From: a candidate division WOR-3 bacterium | GTDB lineage: Bacteria > Hydrothermota > Hydrothermia > LBFQ01 | Reading direction: 5' to 3' | Assembly: GCA_027050205.1 (NCBI GenBank) | Contig: JALUCS010000118.1 | Location: 4,382 to 68,381 of the forward strand | DNA length: 64,000 bases | Shown: positions 9,115 to 18,202 of the stretch, one piece after another | How the letters are laid out: every line of letters starts with the position of its first letter | Position numbering within the stretch: the first letter of the stretch is position 1 | Made by a program: the position numbers and the translations under genes | The notes under the pieces: generated by a model | The model's input: only the letters and a program-made list of their open reading frames with translations | What the model was told of the DNA's origin: nothing | Database searches by the model: none

Positions 9115-9957
9115 ATGATGAGGAAGGCGGCACTTCTGACGATCGTTCTTGTTTCTCTCTCCTCCTGCAGGAGGGATACCAAGGGCTACGAGGATCCAAC
9201 CCCACCCGCCCCTTCAAAACTTAGGCTTGAGGCCGTAAACGAGGGGGCGGACCTGAAACTCACGTGGACCCCTTCGGAGGGTGCCGATAAGTACAGGGTA
9301 TATTGCGACGGCTTCCTAAGATGGGAGGGGAAGGACACCACCCACACCCTCCGCGGTGAAGACGGCGTATGCGACAGCGTTAGCGTGACCGCCCTTAGGG
9401 GGGCGAACGAATCGTGGCACACTACGAGGTACCTGATACCATGGTACGCCGCCCTGTGGATGGAATCGGACGGTATCTCCTCTACACCGTGGGTGAGGAT
9501 AGATTTCCGTATACCCTCGGCGAGGAAGGTTTCGGATGCCGACATAGACATCTCCAGACCCAAGACGGGGTACTTCCTCCTATGCGACGAGGCCTCCTAT
9601 CGCTGCGGGGGTATGGAGGTGAGGGACGTAAGTTCCGCGACGGGCCTGGGGACGGCCGATATGGAGTTCGCCTTCTCTCCGAGGGGTAGTTTTGACTACC
9701 TCGCCCCTCCCACCGGAAACTACAGGACCGTAGAGTCTTTGGACGTCGTACCCGGCTACAGCTACAGCCTCTTCTTCTGGGCGGACCTCACTTCCGACGG
9801 CTACGGTTCTATGGACAGCAACGATTACTTCGGTATCTTGTACTTCTCGTCCTTCCGATACGAGGACAGTGAACGCACAACCTACAGCACCTACCTTGAG
9901 ATATACATTCAAAACAACGTGAAAGGCTTAAGGTGGGTAACACCCTATTGGTTCTAA
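9115..9957 (+). CDS. Lipoprotein, hypothetical (FN3-like beta-rich region)
   Basis: Signal peptide with lipobox (LVSLSSC). The segment LKLTWTPSEGADKYRVYCDG resembles an FN3 domain. Confidence 0.55.
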   Translation: MMRKAALLTIVLVSLSSCRRDTKGYEDPTPPAPSKLRLEAVNEGADLKLTWTPSEGADKYRVYCDGFLRWEGKDTTHTLRGEDGVCDSVSVTALRGANESWHTTRYLIPWYAALWMESDGISSTPWVRIDFRIPSARKVSDADIDISRPKTGYFLLCDEASYRCGGMEVRDVSSATGLGTADMEFAFSPRGSFDYLAPPTGNYRTVESLDVVPGYSYSLFFWADLTSDGYGSMDSNDYFGILYFSSFRYEDSERTTYSTYLEIYIQNNVKGLRWVTPYWF

Positions 9958-10163
9958 ACGGAGGCGCGAACGGCGGATGGAGGGGCAAAGGGACGGTCCT
10001 TGGCGTCCCGTCGCAGGGCTTTGGCCATCGCGGGATCACCCCGTGCCAATACGATTCCGCCCCTCCATCCCTTCCTAAAAAGGTGCCGGGGAGATAGAAT
10101 TACCATAAACGTATGTTTAAAAACCGAAGGTCAGACTTTCAAAAAACCGATAAACTTAAAGGC

Positions 10164-10230
10164 CTTGAAACACCGTTGCAAGATTTTGAACGGGAAAGGC
10201 TCGTACGGCGATAGACGGTTTGATGTCGCA
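10164..10230. repeat. Copy A of a repeated ~70-90 nt noncoding element (core GAAACRCCGYTG..TTTGAACGG..GGAAAGGCTCGTACGG..CGGTTTGAYRTCG)
   Basis: About 80% identical to 61521-61600 (copy B, which carries a 10-nt insert). It shares the AAGGGAAAGGCTCGTA core with 61929-61945. Predicted hairpins GAUGUCG...CGGCAUC. Confidence 0.5.
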
Positions 10231-10468
10231 TTGTACCCCTTACGAGGGATTCTGAACGGCATCGGAACTACATTTTCAGCGAATAGGGGGATGATAGGAA
10301 TGATCGGGCGTTCGGATATATCCTCGGAAATTATAAACTTTTCTTCATAAATTTAATCTCCGTTAAGAATTTGATGTATCACGAATTTACGCATACGCAT
10401 GTAAGAGGATAGACCCCCGCCGCACTGCATTGGGCCGTCTGCACCTTCAAAAACTATAAGCAAAGTTT

Positions 10469-10493
10469 CAAAAAACTGAAATTTACATTTCAG
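10469..10493 (-). terminator. Intrinsic terminator on the minus strand: hairpin CTGAAAT-gtaa-ATTTCAG followed by a U6 tract
   Basis: The + strand reads caaaaaaCTGAAATttacATTTCAG. On the minus strand this is a 7-bp stem plus TTTTTTG. It lies ~240 nt downstream of the DUF92 gene stop. Confidence 0.45.
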
Positions 10494-10731
10494 GAAATCG
10501 CAAGTTGCGCTTTAGGATTTCGTAATCTCGCAATCCCCATTAACGAATTTTTAACGGCATCAAGTGGTACGATCCACCTTTATACGGAAATGTGGATTTA
10601 GGCATATGCGATACGGAAGACAACGCCCATCGGAGGATGCATCACCTCATCCCAAGAATACCTTGTATAGTGAAGGATTCTCGCAATACCCATTACGGGA
10701 TCTTAGCGCCCCCAAACCGATATGCGGTTCC

Positions 10732-11403
10732 CTACACGATGTGCGATAGCAGTACGTACGTACCAGCCCCGATGAGGGTCGCGAGGAGGTTGGTGGTGTC
10801 GTTTCCGAAGAAACCCCGGGATTCCAACACGGCCCCGATGATACTGTCGCTTAAGAATCCAACGGAGGCGGCGAGGACTACGGCCCAGGGGTTCCCCTCA
10901 CTGGAGAGTAGGGAGAATGAGGCCATCAAAAGGGACGTCAGAATACCGGCGACGGTTCCGGGTAAACTCACACCTCCGGACGTACCGGGAGGAACCTCCG
11001 CAAAGGTAGTTATGAGGTAGGCCCTCTTGGAGAGCCTCGTCCCCACCTCCGTGGCCACCGTATCCGAGAAGGCCGTAGCGAGGGCCGTCAGATAGGCTCC
11101 GGGGTCCCCCAGAAGAGCGAAGAGGGTAGCCACACCCCCGTTGGCGAGGACCTGACGTACGTTCCTTCTACCCTCTCTCCCCCTTGATAGGAGGGAGCCA
11201 ACGCCGAGGAATAGGACGGCGGGGAGGGTCCAGAACCATCCGAGACGCACTACGATGCCAAAGCCCATGAGGGAGACGGCGATGGAGGCCGTGGGGGTTA
11301 GCCACCCTAAGATGGCCGCCCCCATACCAACGGTGAGGCTGACGGTTAGGGCGGCAAGTACCTTCACGGTAGAGTATTTATAAGGCCGAAAACAGCTCCC
11401 CAT
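10732..11403 (-). CDS. DUF92 (TMEM19-like) integral membrane protein
   Basis: Multi-TM protein with the DUF92/COG1836 signature (GGVSLPGTVAGILTSLLMA, NPWAVVLAASVGFLSDS). Confidence 0.65.
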   Translation of the reverse strand: MGSCFRPYKYSTVKVLAALTVSLTVGMGAAILGWLTPTASIAVSLMGFGIVVRLGWFWTLPAVLFLGVGSLLSRGREGRRNVRQVLANGGVATLFALLGDPGAYLTALATAFSDTVATEVGTRLSKRAYLITTFAEVPPGTSGGVSLPGTVAGILTSLLMASFSLLSSEGNPWAVVLAASVGFLSDSIIGAVLESRGFFGNDTTNLLATLIGAGTYVLLSHIV

Positions 11404-11427
11404 CCTCCGGCGTTATAATCCCCTCTT

Positions 11428-13089
11428 ATGAAAAAAATAGGATTTCTCGTCTTGCCTATTCTGGGCCTTGCGGTAAGCCCACTTCCCGGAAAGACGACCA
11501 GTGGTAAGGTGAAGAAGCTCCCTTACAGCGTTTGCTCTACGCCTTCGGTCTACCTGAAGGCCCGTATAGCCGTCAACCCCGCCGGTAAATACACCCAGAA
11601 CTTCCGCGGCAACCTCCGTACCTACCTCGCCGTCATAGCGAAGAAGGCCAAGAGCCGCATTCTCAAGAACTCCTCCAACTCCATAAAGGTGGTGGGCGTA
11701 TCCTTCTCCGAGACGCCCTTTGGCACCTTCTCTAAGCTCATAAACAACGACAAGAACGCCGCCCTCCATAGGGACGACACGGCGGCCGCTAAAACCCCGT
11801 ACCTGATAGACATCCTGGTGGGCGAAGACTCCTACGGCATAGTCGGAAAGATATGGCTCATAAACCTTGAGAGCGAGTACGTATATAACGTCTACGAGGC
11901 GAGGGTGCCTTCTACGAGCGTCAGGGACGTCCTCCAGGCCATAATCCTCATCACCAACAGCCTCGCCGACTCCCTTGGAAACGTCCTGACCAAGATAGCC
12001 TTGAAGGAAACTATGACCTCCCTCTCCGTAGCAGTTAAGCCGGAGGCCGACATATCCCAGGACAAGTACGTTGCCATAAGGGTAAATAACGCCTTCAACT
12101 ACGAGGGTAAGTCCCTCAAGGACGTCGTCGGTAAGAGGCTGGGGGTCGCCGTCAGGCTGAAGCCCGGAACCCCCGGCAAGATAACGAGCGGTGTAGCCGT
12201 GGGTAACGGTTGGCACATCGTAAGGGGCGAGAACCCCGTCGTACTCTATCAGCCCCCGGCCTGTAGTTTCTTCAACAAGCAGAATCCCATAAAGGTGGAG
12301 TTGGAGTTCAAACCCGCCTGTCCGAGGGACGACAAAATCATAGCCGGAGTCAATCCGGTCGTAAACGGTAGGGACAACTTTACCGTGAAGGCTCCTTACG
12401 CTTGGAGGGTGCGCACACTCGTCAACGCGAAGTCCAAGAACACCGAGCTGAAGTTTGAGATAAACTACATCCTCCACAGCAAATTCACCTGTAAGAGGTA
12501 CGCCGACTACTCCACCAAGTACGCCCAAACCTTCGGGATAGATGGGAACGACGTCCTCCTCTTCAGCGACAACTTCCTCAACGGAAAGGAACCGGGGAAG
12601 ACTAAGGATAAGGGTAAGGTCCTCTCTGTCAAGTACTCGGACTGCGGTGTCTTGGATCCTTGGACGTTGAAGGATCCCTCCATAGATACGGTCTTCGTCG
12701 TCATATACGGACCGCAGAACGTCCCCAACGCCGACCTTCGCTACTACATCAACGGCGGCATAATGAAGAGCAGCGTAGGGAGCGAGAACACCATCTTTGA
12801 CCTCTTGGGCATACGCGTGGTAGGTGGAGACAGGGTAAGGTTCAAGGACGTACCGGTCTTCACGAACGACCCCCTGACCTTTGAGGGGAAGAGGGCGACC
12901 TTCCTCTCCTTCAAACCCTTCTCGGCCGAGGCCGTCCTAACCCACACCTTCACCAACTCCGGGTGCGGCAAGGAGAAGCTCCAGATAACCGCCCAGACCA
13001 CCCTTGAACCCATCATAGAGTGCGACTGCGTAGCCTTCAAGCTCAAGGAGGAGGGCAAAGGTGGAGAGGGGCAAAAGGGTAAGAAGTAA
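11428..13089 (+). CDS. Secreted hypothetical protein (553 aa)
   Basis: N-terminal signal peptide (MKKIGFLVLPILGLAVSP). Protein-like composition. The antisense ORF 11413-12528 is G/V/L-rich junk. Confidence 0.6.
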   Translation: MKKIGFLVLPILGLAVSPLPGKTTSGKVKKLPYSVCSTPSVYLKARIAVNPAGKYTQNFRGNLRTYLAVIAKKAKSRILKNSSNSIKVVGVSFSETPFGTFSKLINNDKNAALHRDDTAAAKTPYLIDILVGEDSYGIVGKIWLINLESEYVYNVYEARVPSTSVRDVLQAIILITNSLADSLGNVLTKIALKETMTSLSVAVKPEADISQDKYVAIRVNNAFNYEGKSLKDVVGKRLGVAVRLKPGTPGKITSGVAVGNGWHIVRGENPVVLYQPPACSFFNKQNPIKVELEFKPACPRDDKIIAGVNPVVNGRDNFTVKAPYAWRVRTLVNAKSKNTELKFEINYILHSKFTCKRYADYSTKYAQTFGIDGNDVLLFSDNFLNGKEPGKTKDKGKVLSVKYSDCGVLDPWTLKDPSIDTVFVVIYGPQNVPNADLRYYINGGIMKSSVGSENTIFDLLGIRVVGGDRVRFKDVPVFTNDPLTFEGKRATFLSFKPFSAEAVLTHTFTNSGCGKEKLQITAQTTLEPIIECDCVAFKLKEEGKGGEGQKGKK

Positions 13090-13104
13090 AAGGAGGTAGA
13101 GGGT

Positions 13105-13530
13105 ATGGCATACAGACCGCTTTCCCATACGGCGGAGATAGGTTTTGAGGTCAGCAGTATGGACCTCAACAAGCTCTTCGTAGAGAGCGCCAGGGCCTTT
13201 TTCAGAGAACTCCTTGGGACCCTTTACGGCATAAAGATCCACCAGGAGAAGAAGGCCACCTTTGAGGCCGAGGACCTGGAGGAGCTACTCCACAAGTGGC
13301 TCTCCTTCCTCCTCACGGAGTTTGAGGTGAACAAGATGGTGTACCGCCAGTTTGAGGTGAATATAGACTTTGAGGGGGACAGGTTCGTGATGGAGGCCAC
13401 GATGGGCGGGGAACACTTTGACCCGGAGAAGCACAAGATAAAGAGGCACCTGAAGGCCGTGACCCGCCACAAGCTCCACGTTGAGAGGGAAAGGGGCATC
13501 TGGAGGGCCTCGGTGGTAATAGACGTGTAG
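13105..13530 (+). CDS. Archease (chaperone/activator of RtcB-type RNA ligase)
   Basis: The N-terminal HTAEIGFEV matches the conserved archease HTADIG motif. The C-terminal KAVTRHKLHVERERGIWRASVVIDV matches the family terminus. Confidence 0.8.
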   Translation: MAYRPLSHTAEIGFEVSSMDLNKLFVESARAFFRELLGTLYGIKIHQEKKATFEAEDLEELLHKWLSFLLTEFEVNKMVYRQFEVNIDFEGDRFVMEATMGGEHFDPEKHKIKRHLKAVTRHKLHVERERGIWRASVVIDV

Positions 13531-13536
13531 GTTGGT

Positions 13537-14418
13537 ATGTTGGTCTTCCACAGTCCCAAGGAGATGCAGCTTTTCGCCAATCAGATGCGGAGGGAGGGGA
13601 AGGTAATAGGTTTCGTTCCCACTATGGGCGCCCTCCACGAGGGACACCTCCGCCTCATAAGGAAGGCCCGACGGGAGTCCGATATAACCGTCGTCAGCAT
13701 CTTCGTAAATCCCATACAGTTTGACGACGCCAACGATTTCGCCAAGTACCCCCGCACCCTTGACGAGGACAGGTACAAGCTTGAGATGGAGGGGGTGCAG
13801 GTCCTCTTCACCCCCTCCGCCGACGATATGTATCCCCCCGGCTTCTCTACCTTCGTGGAGGTCCAGAACCTTGACCGCTATATGGAGGGGTCTCACCGCC
13901 CCGGACACTTCAGGGGAGTCACCACCGTCGTACTGAAGCTCTTCAACATCGTAAAGCCCCACTTCGCCGTCTTCGGCCTGAAGGACGCCCAGCAGTACTA
14001 CATAGTGAAGAGGATGGTTGAGGACCTCAACCTTGACCTTGAGATAGTCCCCCATGAGACCGTTAGGGAGCCGGACGGCCTCGCTATGTCCTCCCGGAAC
14101 AGGCTCCTTTCCCCGGAGAGCCGCAAACAGGCTACGGCCCTCTACAGGGCCTTGAAGCTCGGTAAGGAGATGATCTTCTCCGGTGAGAGGGACCCGTGGA
14201 AGGTGAAGGAGGAGATGAGGAGGTTCCTTGAGAGGGAGGCCCCCCTCGGCAAGATAGACTACGTGGAGATAGCCAGCATCCCCGACCTCCAGCCCGTAAG
14301 CGAGATTGAGGGAAAGGTGCTCCTCGCCCTCGCCGTGCGGTTCCCGGAAGCGCGCCTTATAGACAACTTCATACTCCTGCCCGATGACGGCCTCGTGTGG
14401 AATGAGAAGGTTGGATGA
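13537..14418 (+). CDS. panC: Pantoate--beta-alanine ligase
   Basis: Motifs PTMGALHEGHLRLI (HIGH-type), FGLKDAQQ and SSRN. Confidence 0.9.
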   Translation: MLVFHSPKEMQLFANQMRREGKVIGFVPTMGALHEGHLRLIRKARRESDITVVSIFVNPIQFDDANDFAKYPRTLDEDRYKLEMEGVQVLFTPSADDMYPPGFSTFVEVQNLDRYMEGSHRPGHFRGVTTVVLKLFNIVKPHFAVFGLKDAQQYYIVKRMVEDLNLDLEIVPHETVREPDGLAMSSRNRLLSPESRKQATALYRALKLGKEMIFSGERDPWKVKEEMRRFLEREAPLGKIDYVEIASIPDLQPVSEIEGKVLLALAVRFPEARLIDNFILLPDDGLVWNEKVG

Positions 14419-14467
14419 AGGTTGGGGGTAAAGGAGACCAAAAGCGCCCTTAGAATAGGCGTAGGTT

Positions 14468-14758
14468 ATGGAGAGGTGGAAGGAGGAGCTTGATAGGTTC
14501 GCCTTGAGGCTCCACCGTATGGGTTTGGGTACGGTGGCGATGTTTATCCTGGAGAGTATGAAACCCCTGTCCGGAGTTTTCCTGAACTTGGGCGTATTCG
14601 GCAGGCCGTTCGTAGACCTCTTCGTACCTACGGACATCTACAACCGTCTCCTTGAGGTACTTGAAGACCGCGATAAGGTGGAGTACCTAATAGACAAACT
14701 GGAGGAGTTGGAAGATGGCACTTTGGTCGCTGATGGTTCAGATAGACCTGGGAACTAA
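14468..14758 (+). CDS. Small hypothetical protein (96 aa)
   Basis: The ORF has plausible composition. It overlaps the start of the following vWA gene. Not recognised. Confidence 0.3.
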   Translation: MERWKEELDRFALRLHRMGLGTVAMFILESMKPLSGVFLNLGVFGRPFVDLFVPTDIYNRLLEVLEDRDKVEYLIDKLEELEDGTLVADGSDRPGN

Positions 14759-16715
14759 GGTACGGGTTCCCTTAACTACGGAGATAAAGGGGGTACCTAC
14801 GGAGGTCCTCCTCCTCATAGACGTCTCCGGCAGCATGGTGAGGTTGGACCCCTCCGGCCTCGCCCATCAGGGGGCCAAGATGGTGGCGGATATAGCCTCC
14901 GTCCTCAACGCCAACGTCAAGGTTTCCGTCATCTTTTACGGTGAGAAGGCCAGATTCGTAATAAAGGATATGGACCCTTACGGCCTCCGGAAGGTCTTGG
15001 AGGACTCACTGAAGCAGGTAAAACCGGAGAAGTACTCCGACATCAGGGCGGCCTTGAAGTTGGCCAAATCCCTACTCCAGCAGAAGTCCTACGGAAGGGA
15101 GGCCTACGTGATAGTCCTAACGGACGGTCAGATAAAGGAGGGAGACATACCTCCGGGAGAGAGCTTGGAGAACTACCTCGCCTCCCTGGTCCGGATCGCC
15201 TCCGACTTCAAAGAGAACCGCTGGAAGGTCTACACCTTCACAACTACGGAGCCGGTGGAGGAGCTGAAGGTACTCTCCTCCCTGACCGGGGGTGAGCAGG
15301 CGACGGTCTCCGACCTCAAACGCCTATCGAAGACCTTCCTTGAGATAATAAAGGCCGGAAGTTCCCACTTCCGGTTGGACGTGGGCCACAACTCCATCGT
15401 AGAGTTCCCTATGGAGGAGGGGGTGGCGGAGTTCAGTATGGTGGTGGCCTTCGACCCAAGGGAGAGAAAGAACCTCAAGATCTACGACCCCGACGGAAAG
15501 GAGGTCAAGGGCGAGAGGAGGAGCGGGAGGGGATTCATCATAGTCAAGATAAAGGACCCCAAGCCGGGTACCTGGAAGTTTGAGATAAGCAAGGGGGCTA
15601 CCATCCTCCTCTCTATGGCCATCCCCAGGCTGGTTAAACCCTCTTCCGAGACCCCTTCAACCGAACCTGTCCCCGTCCGGCTGGAACTGACGCCCATATC
15701 CCCGAAGGAGCCGGACTGGAGGCACTTCTCGGCCAAGGTGTACGTGGAGGACTCCCGCGGTAGGCAGGTGGCCTACGACCTTTACGACGACGGCAAGCAC
15801 TACGATGGCAACCCTTATGACGGTGTGTTCGGCAGGATGCTCCCTCGCTTAGCCGAGGGGGAGTACACTTTCACCGTGGTGGTTAGCCACACGCCCACCA
15901 ACGCCGAGATAAGGGTTAAGAAGAAGGTAAAGGTGGTGTATATCCCTATTCTGGGTGTCCGTTTCAAGGGGCAGTTCCTCATAGGTACCCCCGTTGAGAT
16001 AATCCTCGGAATAACCAACCGCTCCAAACCCATAAAGGATGAGAAGTACGAGCTAACCATCCGGGACCCCAAGGGAAAGACCTATCACCCCAAGCTCAAG
16101 AGGGACGATCTGGGATACTGGCGTACGACCTTCCCCCAGACCTTCTACGGCGGGGTCTATACGGTTGAGGCGAGGGGGATGGTTGTGGTGAAGGATTCCA
16201 ACCGCCTAAGGACGTTCTCCAACGTCAAGGTGAAGGACACCTTCTCCCTCTGTGTGTCCTTCCACAAGAGTAAGGTGCCGGGCTTCCTGTTCTTCGGTGA
16301 GATGCCCGGCCGGGACTACACCCACACCCTCATCCTGATGAACCACTGCGACTCCGCCGTCGTACTCAACTTCACGGACGTAAAGGCCCAGCTGGCCGAC
16401 ACCCTCAAGGACGCTGGGATACCCCCCAACCTCAAACCCAAAGCTGACACCGTCCCCCCCTTGGAGATACCAGGTAGGGCTGGGGACGTACCGGGTAAGG
16501 AACTCCTGAAGGTGAAGTGGCATATCCCCCCAAACGCCCATTCCGGACACTACACCGTCCGCATGAGAGGGGTTCAGAGGCCGGCCTACCGCCCCATAGA
16601 GCTTAGGTACGATATGAAGGTGGGGTCCTGGAGGCAGGTATGGCTAACCCTCGGAGGTCTGGGGGTGGCCGTCGTAGGGGGCGGTGCGGCCGTATGGTAC
16701 TTTACGCATAGGTGA
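14715..16715 (+). CDS. von Willebrand factor A (vWA) domain protein with a C-terminal transmembrane anchor
   Basis: MIDAS motif LLLIDVSGSM. Long beta-rich middle region. C-terminal TM segment VWLTLGGLGVAVVGGGAAVWYF. Confidence 0.7.
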   Translation: MALWSLMVQIDLGTKVRVPLTTEIKGVPTEVLLLIDVSGSMVRLDPSGLAHQGAKMVADIASVLNANVKVSVIFYGEKARFVIKDMDPYGLRKVLEDSLKQVKPEKYSDIRAALKLAKSLLQQKSYGREAYVIVLTDGQIKEGDIPPGESLENYLASLVRIASDFKENRWKVYTFTTTEPVEELKVLSSLTGGEQATVSDLKRLSKTFLEIIKAGSSHFRLDVGHNSIVEFPMEEGVAEFSMVVAFDPRERKNLKIYDPDGKEVKGERRSGRGFIIVKIKDPKPGTWKFEISKGATILLSMAIPRLVKPSSETPSTEPVPVRLELTPISPKEPDWRHFSAKVYVEDSRGRQVAYDLYDDGKHYDGNPYDGVFGRMLPRLAEGEYTFTVVVSHTPTNAEIRVKKKVKVVYIPILGVRFKGQFLIGTPVEIILGITNRSKPIKDEKYELTIRDPKGKTYHPKLKRDDLGYWRTTFPQTFYGGVYTVEARGMVVVKDSNRLRTFSNVKVKDTFSLCVSFHKSKVPGFLFFGEMPGRDYTHTLILMNHCDSAVVLNFTDVKAQLADTLKDAGIPPNLKPKADTVPPLEIPGRAGDVPGKELLKVKWHIPPNAHSGHYTVRMRGVQRPAYRPIELRYDMKVGSWRQVWLTLGGLGVAVVGGGAAVWYFTHR

Positions 16716-17377
16716 TGTGGTACCTCCTACTTGAGCCTCTGGTCTTCAACCGGTGGCAGGGGGAGTTGGGCGGTGGCCTCTCCGACACCCTCTACTTCTC
16801 CTACTTCAAGTTCCGGGGGGAGTGGATAATGTCCGCGGAGGGCGTGTCCCTCAACTTCTCCGTCCCCTTCGTCTTCCCCCTTGGCCAGCGGTTCTCCCTG
16901 TCGGACATGGAGATGGGCCTCGGCTTCGTCTTCGCCGACCGGAACCGCCTGGACTTCAACCTCGTCCTCCCGACGGGCATACTCTCCAGCAAGTATCCCG
17001 GAGTGAACCTAAGGTACCGCCGCATCGTAAAGCTTGACTCCTCCTACGCCCTCTACGGCTCCCTCCTCTGGTACTTTATGGCCTCATCCGATAGGTCGGA
17101 GAAGTCCCTGTACAACAAGGTGATAGACCGCCACGGCTACAGGCACCTGTCCTTGGACCTCACGTACATCCGCAGGGTGGGCGAAACGGCCTTCTGGAAG
17201 GTCTCCCTTCCCTTAGACTACGCGTACTCCTCCAACCTCTTCTGGGGTGGGATCCGGTTAGGGTTCGGCCTCTTCCCCTTCGTGGAGGTGGACGCCACCT
17301 TCTGGCCCACCAAACCCCGTCCGCACCTGTTCCTCTTGAGGGTTTCCGCCCTGGTACCCACGTCCGAGACCCTGTAG
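16712..17377 (+). CDS. Hypothetical protein (221 aa), possibly a beta-barrel
   Basis: ORF overlapping the vWA stop by 4 nt. Alternating aromatic/hydrophobic pattern. No family recognised. Confidence 0.45.
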   Translation: MMWYLLLEPLVFNRWQGELGGGLSDTLYFSYFKFRGEWIMSAEGVSLNFSVPFVFPLGQRFSLSDMEMGLGFVFADRNRLDFNLVLPTGILSSKYPGVNLRYRRIVKLDSSYALYGSLLWYFMASSDRSEKSLYNKVIDRHGYRHLSLDLTYIRRVGETAFWKVSLPLDYAYSSNLFWGGIRLGFGLFPFVEVDATFWPTKPRPHLFLLRVSALVPTSETL

Positions 17378-17378
17378 T

Positions 17379-18197
17379 ATGCCCCTCCGCCTCCTCGCAC
17401 CGGCCAAGGTCAATCTGGGCCTGTGGATAACCGGGACGGACGAGGGTGGATACCACCGCATTACCACCCTCTTCTACCGCATACCCATCTACGACGAGAT
17501 AGAGGTGGACCTCTGGCACGAGTCCGTCGTAAGGTGTGAGGGGATAAGGAGTACGTCCAACAATACCGTATTCAAGGCCCTGAAACACCTTAGCGAGTAC
17601 GTGGGCGAGAGCCTCTGCCTAAAGGTGGTGATAAGGAAGAGGATACCGGTAGGGGCGGGCCTCGGTGGTGGTTCCAGCGACGCCGCCGCCGTCCTCTACG
17701 CTGCCAACCGCATCTTCAACCTCGGCCTCTCCCTAAAGGAGCTTATGGAGGTGGGAGCGAAGGTGGGGGCGGACGTCCCCTTCTTCCTGCTCCGGGAGAG
17801 GGCGGCGATAGGGAGGGGGAGGGGGTACGACCTTGAGCCTATAGACCTGAAGGTACCGGGGGAGTGGATCCTCGTCTTTCCGGGTGTTCCCGTCTCAACC
17901 CGCAGGGCCTACGACCTCTTTGACAGCGAAGGCACCTTCACGCCCCCCGACGTAGCCGAGCGAAAGGTGAAGGACCTCGTGGAGGCCTTGAGGGCGGGGG
18001 AGGTCCCCCCCCTTGAGAACGACTTTGAGAGGGTGATACTTCCCCGCTTCGCCCCCATAAGGGAAGCCAAGGACCTCCTCGTAAGGGGAGGGTGGCGGGC
18101 CGTAATGAGCGGGTCCGGCTCCACCGTCTTCGGGATAGGGGGAGGGGAGATCCCCCTCTTGGGCGGCAAGAACAGGGTATGGTACTGGAGGGATTGA
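17379..18197 (+). CDS. ispE: 4-diphosphocytidyl-2-C-methyl-D-erythritol kinase
   Basis: PAKVNLGLWITGTDEGGYH (GHMP kinase motif 1) and IPVGAGLGGGSSDAAAVL (the Gly-rich ATP loop). Confidence 0.85.
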   Translation: MPLRLLAPAKVNLGLWITGTDEGGYHRITTLFYRIPIYDEIEVDLWHESVVRCEGIRSTSNNTVFKALKHLSEYVGESLCLKVVIRKRIPVGAGLGGGSSDAAAVLYAANRIFNLGLSLKELMEVGAKVGADVPFFLLRERAAIGRGRGYDLEPIDLKVPGEWILVFPGVPVSTRRAYDLFDSEGTFTPPDVAERKVKDLVEALRAGEVPPLENDFERVILPRFAPIREAKDLLVRGGWRAVMSGSGSTVFGIGGGEIPLLGGKNRVWYWRD

Positions 18198-18202
18198 GGA
18201 TT

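Noticed and set aside
10000-11020. ORFs 10000-10350, 10564-10749 and 10592-11020 in the long noncoding region
   Set aside because: Their composition is not protein-like and they carry no motifs. The region is treated as noncoding.
11413-12528. 371-aa minus-strand ORF
   Set aside because: It has the G/V/L/E-rich composition typical of antisense frames in GC-rich coding DNA. The overlapping + ORF has a signal peptide and protein-like composition.
13285-14637. 450-aa minus-strand ORF across archease and panC
   Set aside because: It is antisense to two confidently identified genes and has junk composition.
18092-18202. Track start of the SpoIID-like gene, overlapping ispE by 106 nt
   Set aside because: The ATG at 18203 has a GAGGA RBS and abuts the ispE stop. 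The upstream extension is R/G-rich junk.
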